Below the pieces are notes generated by a model that was not told the DNA's origin, did no database searches, and saw only the letters and a list, made by a program, of their open reading frames with translations. From the NCBI GenBank assembly GCA_964005815.1, contig CAXFSR010000016.1, positions 32,001-96,000 on the forward strand: 64,000 nucleotides of DNA, written 5' to 3'. A program made the position numbers and the translations under genes. This DNA is from an uncultured Nitrospinaceae bacterium (lineage in GTDB: Bacteria; UBA8248). This document shows, in pieces, positions 61,601 to 64,000 of the stretch (position 1 is the first letter of the stretch; every line of letters starts with the position of its first letter).

Positions 61601-63094
61601 ATAAAAAAATTCTATTCTTATTCAGGGTTTGAATTAAAGGAGGTCTACTCAAAGGAAGATCTGCCTATCAGAGATAACTTCAGTCCTGAAAACAATATAA
61701 AGACAAACACATGGGAATTCAATCAAAGGACTTCTGCAGGCAATCCGGAAAAAATAAACAAAGAGTTACTTTTCCTAGTTGAACAAGGTCATAAAAGTCT
61801 ATCACTAGAAGTAGATGAACCAACTCTATTAGGAATTGATAGCGACGATTTAAATTCTCATGAACAGGTGGGAAAAAAAGGAGTTTCAATTGATACCATT
61901 GATGATATGGAGATGGTTTTAAAGGACATCCCGATTGAAAACTTATCCATTTCGTTTGAGACCGATTTTAGTGCTTCAATTCTATATGCGATGTTTCTTG
62001 CAATAGCAGAAAAAAGAAAAATCCCTATCCGAAAACTCAAAGGAGCAATTCGCAATGATTTTCTAGGTGGACTTATGTCCAAAAGCGAAATCGTGTTCCC
62101 CCTTGAAAATTCATTAAAACTTTTAATAGATACAGTAGAGTTTGTTGCAAAGAACACTCCTGATTTTCATGCCATAAAAATTCAAGGAACTCGAGAATTT
62201 TATCCTTACATAACTGCCCCACAAGAAATTGCTTTCAGTCTGTCTAAAGCAGTTACCTATATAAAAAATTGTATTGCTAGTGGCTTAAAAATAGATGACT
62301 TTTCTGATCAAATGAGTTTCGAATTCAATACTAGATCAGATTTTTTTGAAGAAATTGCAAAATATAGAGCTGCAAGAAAAATTTGGAATGAGACGATTAA
62401 AAATAATTTCTATACACAAGAAGAAACCAGCAAATCTATTTATTTCAATGCTAAATGTGACGCCATTAATTCTATTTCTACTCAACCAGAAGATAATTTG
62501 GTACGTATTTCATATCAAGTTATGGCATCCGCTTTAGGTGGTGCAAATACAATCACTTGTGGCCCATATGATCACAACTCCATTGATTTCAACAAAGAAA
62601 GTTTACTTTTGGCACTACGAACACAACAAATTTTAATGGAAGAAACTAATCTGTTGTGTTCAGAAGACTTATTATCTGGTTCTTTCTTTCTTGAAGACTT
62701 AACGAATAGAATAACAAACGAAATCACAGAAACTTTAACGTTGATTGATTCACTTGGAGGTATAACTCCTTGCATTGAAAAAGGGAATTTACGATCATGG
62801 ATTAAATCTGAAGAAAAAATAATCTCAGGGATAAATAAAAATATAGAAGAATCAGAAGAAAAACATGCTTTTTCCACTACTTCAAATCAAACGGAAATAG
62901 AAAAAAAACAAATCCAAAAACTTATAAAGGTTAAAAAAACAAGAAACTCTTTAAAAGTAGCAGAAGCACTTAAAAAAATAGAAAATTCAGCAAAAACGAA
63001 TAAAAATGTTATTCCTCAAATTATGAATGCAATCAAATTGCATGCCACAATCGGAGAAATTGTCACTACACTTAAAAATAATTTGGAAAAATAA
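61601..63094 (+). CDS. Methylmalonyl-CoA mutase-family substrate-binding barrel, degenerate active site, no B12 domain
   Basis: GVSIDTIDDM, FFEEIAKYRAARKIW, QPEDNLVR, LALRTQQI, GSFFLE, ATIGEI. The frame extends upstream through FYSYSGFELKEVYSKEDL to the ATA at 61601 behind AGGA. Confidence 0.8.
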   Translation: MKKFYSYSGFELKEVYSKEDLPIRDNFSPENNIKTNTWEFNQRTSAGNPEKINKELLFLVEQGHKSLSLEVDEPTLLGIDSDDLNSHEQVGKKGVSIDTIDDMEMVLKDIPIENLSISFETDFSASILYAMFLAIAEKRKIPIRKLKGAIRNDFLGGLMSKSEIVFPLENSLKLLIDTVEFVAKNTPDFHAIKIQGTREFYPYITAPQEIAFSLSKAVTYIKNCIASGLKIDDFSDQMSFEFNTRSDFFEEIAKYRAARKIWNETIKNNFYTQEETSKSIYFNAKCDAINSISTQPEDNLVRISYQVMASALGGANTITCGPYDHNSIDFNKESLLLALRTQQILMEETNLLCSEDLLSGSFFLEDLTNRITNEITETLTLIDSLGGITPCIEKGNLRSWIKSEEKIISGINKNIEESEEKHAFSTTSNQTEIEKKQIQKLIKVKKTRNSLKVAEALKKIENSAKTNKNVIPQIMNAIKLHATIGEIVTTLKNNLEK

Positions 63095-63214
63095 ACAAAA
63101 CAAGGTTAATTTTAAAGAACTACTCTTGCTCGGAAACTTGAAAAAAGAAATAATAGTCAAAATGTAATTATTTAAACGACTACCTTGAACTTCACTGAAA
63201 GGATATATTCTATA

Positions 63215-64000
63215 ATGTGGACAGATAATTCTAACGGAAGCAATCAACCTACTGATTACAAATATAGAACAGCAACAGTAAATTTGTCTGACAAAACAAT
63301 TCAAATCGAAGAAAAGAATTGTGATTCTATAGACGAATTTCTAGGTGGCATAGGAAGGCTTTTTAAAGTTCTTGCAAATTATGATGTATCAAATGCATTC
63401 GATCCTTCTGCTCCTTTAGTGATGGAACTTGGTTGTTTCTCAGGCACTAACGTCATGACTGGACTCAGAACTTTTTTTGGTGGATACAGTCCCTTAAAAA
63501 GTACTAGAAAAGGAGCCCCTTCAGCAATGTGGTCTGCAGGGTCTGGCAAATTCGGAACAAAAGTTGCTGGTGCAGGAATAGACGAAATTATTTTTCTTGG
63601 GAAAAGTGATGTCCCTGTAACACTTCTTATACAAAGTGAAGTAACTAACGGTCCTCCAAATTTGTCATTAGTAAGTGCTGAAAAGATACATGGAAAAGAC
63701 AGCCACGAAAAAATAATGGCCCTCGCCGACGAATATGAAGATGCACATTTTGCCGTAATAGCTCCTTCAGGAGAAAATTATGAATCTAACCGTATGGCAT
63801 CCATCGTTTTAAGTTCGGAAAATCAGCTTAAAAGCCGAGAATGCAAACCAAGGTTCTGTGGACGTGGTGGTTTCGGTGGAGTCATGGGTTCTAAAAATTT
63901 ACTTGCTATAGTTGCACAGTCTCCTGATGACAAATCTCCAGTAACAGAAATTGTAAAAGAAGCAAACAAAGTAATTTCAAGAGGAGCTGGCTCAAAAAAT
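63215..64000 (+). CDS. Aldehyde:ferredoxin oxidoreductase (tungstopterin AOR family), N-terminal part
   Basis: Not in the ORF track because it is open to the window end. Reads VNLS..FLGGIG..SPLK..GKS..GRGGFGGVMGSKNLLAI. Confidence 0.85.
   Translation, partial: MWTDNSNGSNQPTDYKYRTATVNLSDKTIQIEEKNCDSIDEFLGGIGRLFKVLANYDVSNAFDPSAPLVMELGCFSGTNVMTGLRTFFGGYSPLKSTRKGAPSAMWSAGSGKFGTKVAGAGIDEIIFLGKSDVPVTLLIQSEVTNGPPNLSLVSAEKIHGKDSHEKIMALADEYEDAHFAVIAPSGENYESNRMASIVLSSENQLKSRECKPRFCGRGGFGGVMGSKNLLAIVAQSPDDKSPVTEIVKEANKVISRGAGSKN

Overview
AT-rich bacterial chromosome segment, densely coding, with most genes on the minus strand. The left part is housekeeping: efp (partial), aroBQ, tsaD, ctpA, tkt, eno, nrdR, rpiB, dksA, rsfS, nadD, proB, obg, rpmA/rplU, mnmA, leuA and rsmD. 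The right part mixes core genes (pepA, mqnD, leuS, mgtE, hflX, rlpA) with orphan catabolic modules: E1a/E1b/E2 plus a CitE-like lyase, cupin plus COG1233 flavoprotein, VOC-Ldh2-glcDEF-cupin, a degenerate acyl-CoA mutase and a partial AOR-family oxidoreductase. No rRNA, tRNA, CRISPR or mobile element was recognised. The main result is a class I CoA-transferase-fold alpha subunit (53853..54656) that the ORF track splits in two. It is one frame with a single in-frame UGA (54156..54158) followed by a GC-rich hairpin with bacterial SECIS geometry, so it is a candidate selenoprotein. Its beta partner appears to lack the canonical catalytic Glu. At least four genes (rsfS, a NUDIX gene missing from the ORF track, hflX and the mutase homologue) appear to start at ATT or ATA. 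An intergenic DnaA-box cluster lies at about 26.2-26.4 kb. Family calls come from motif recognition only; no database search was run.
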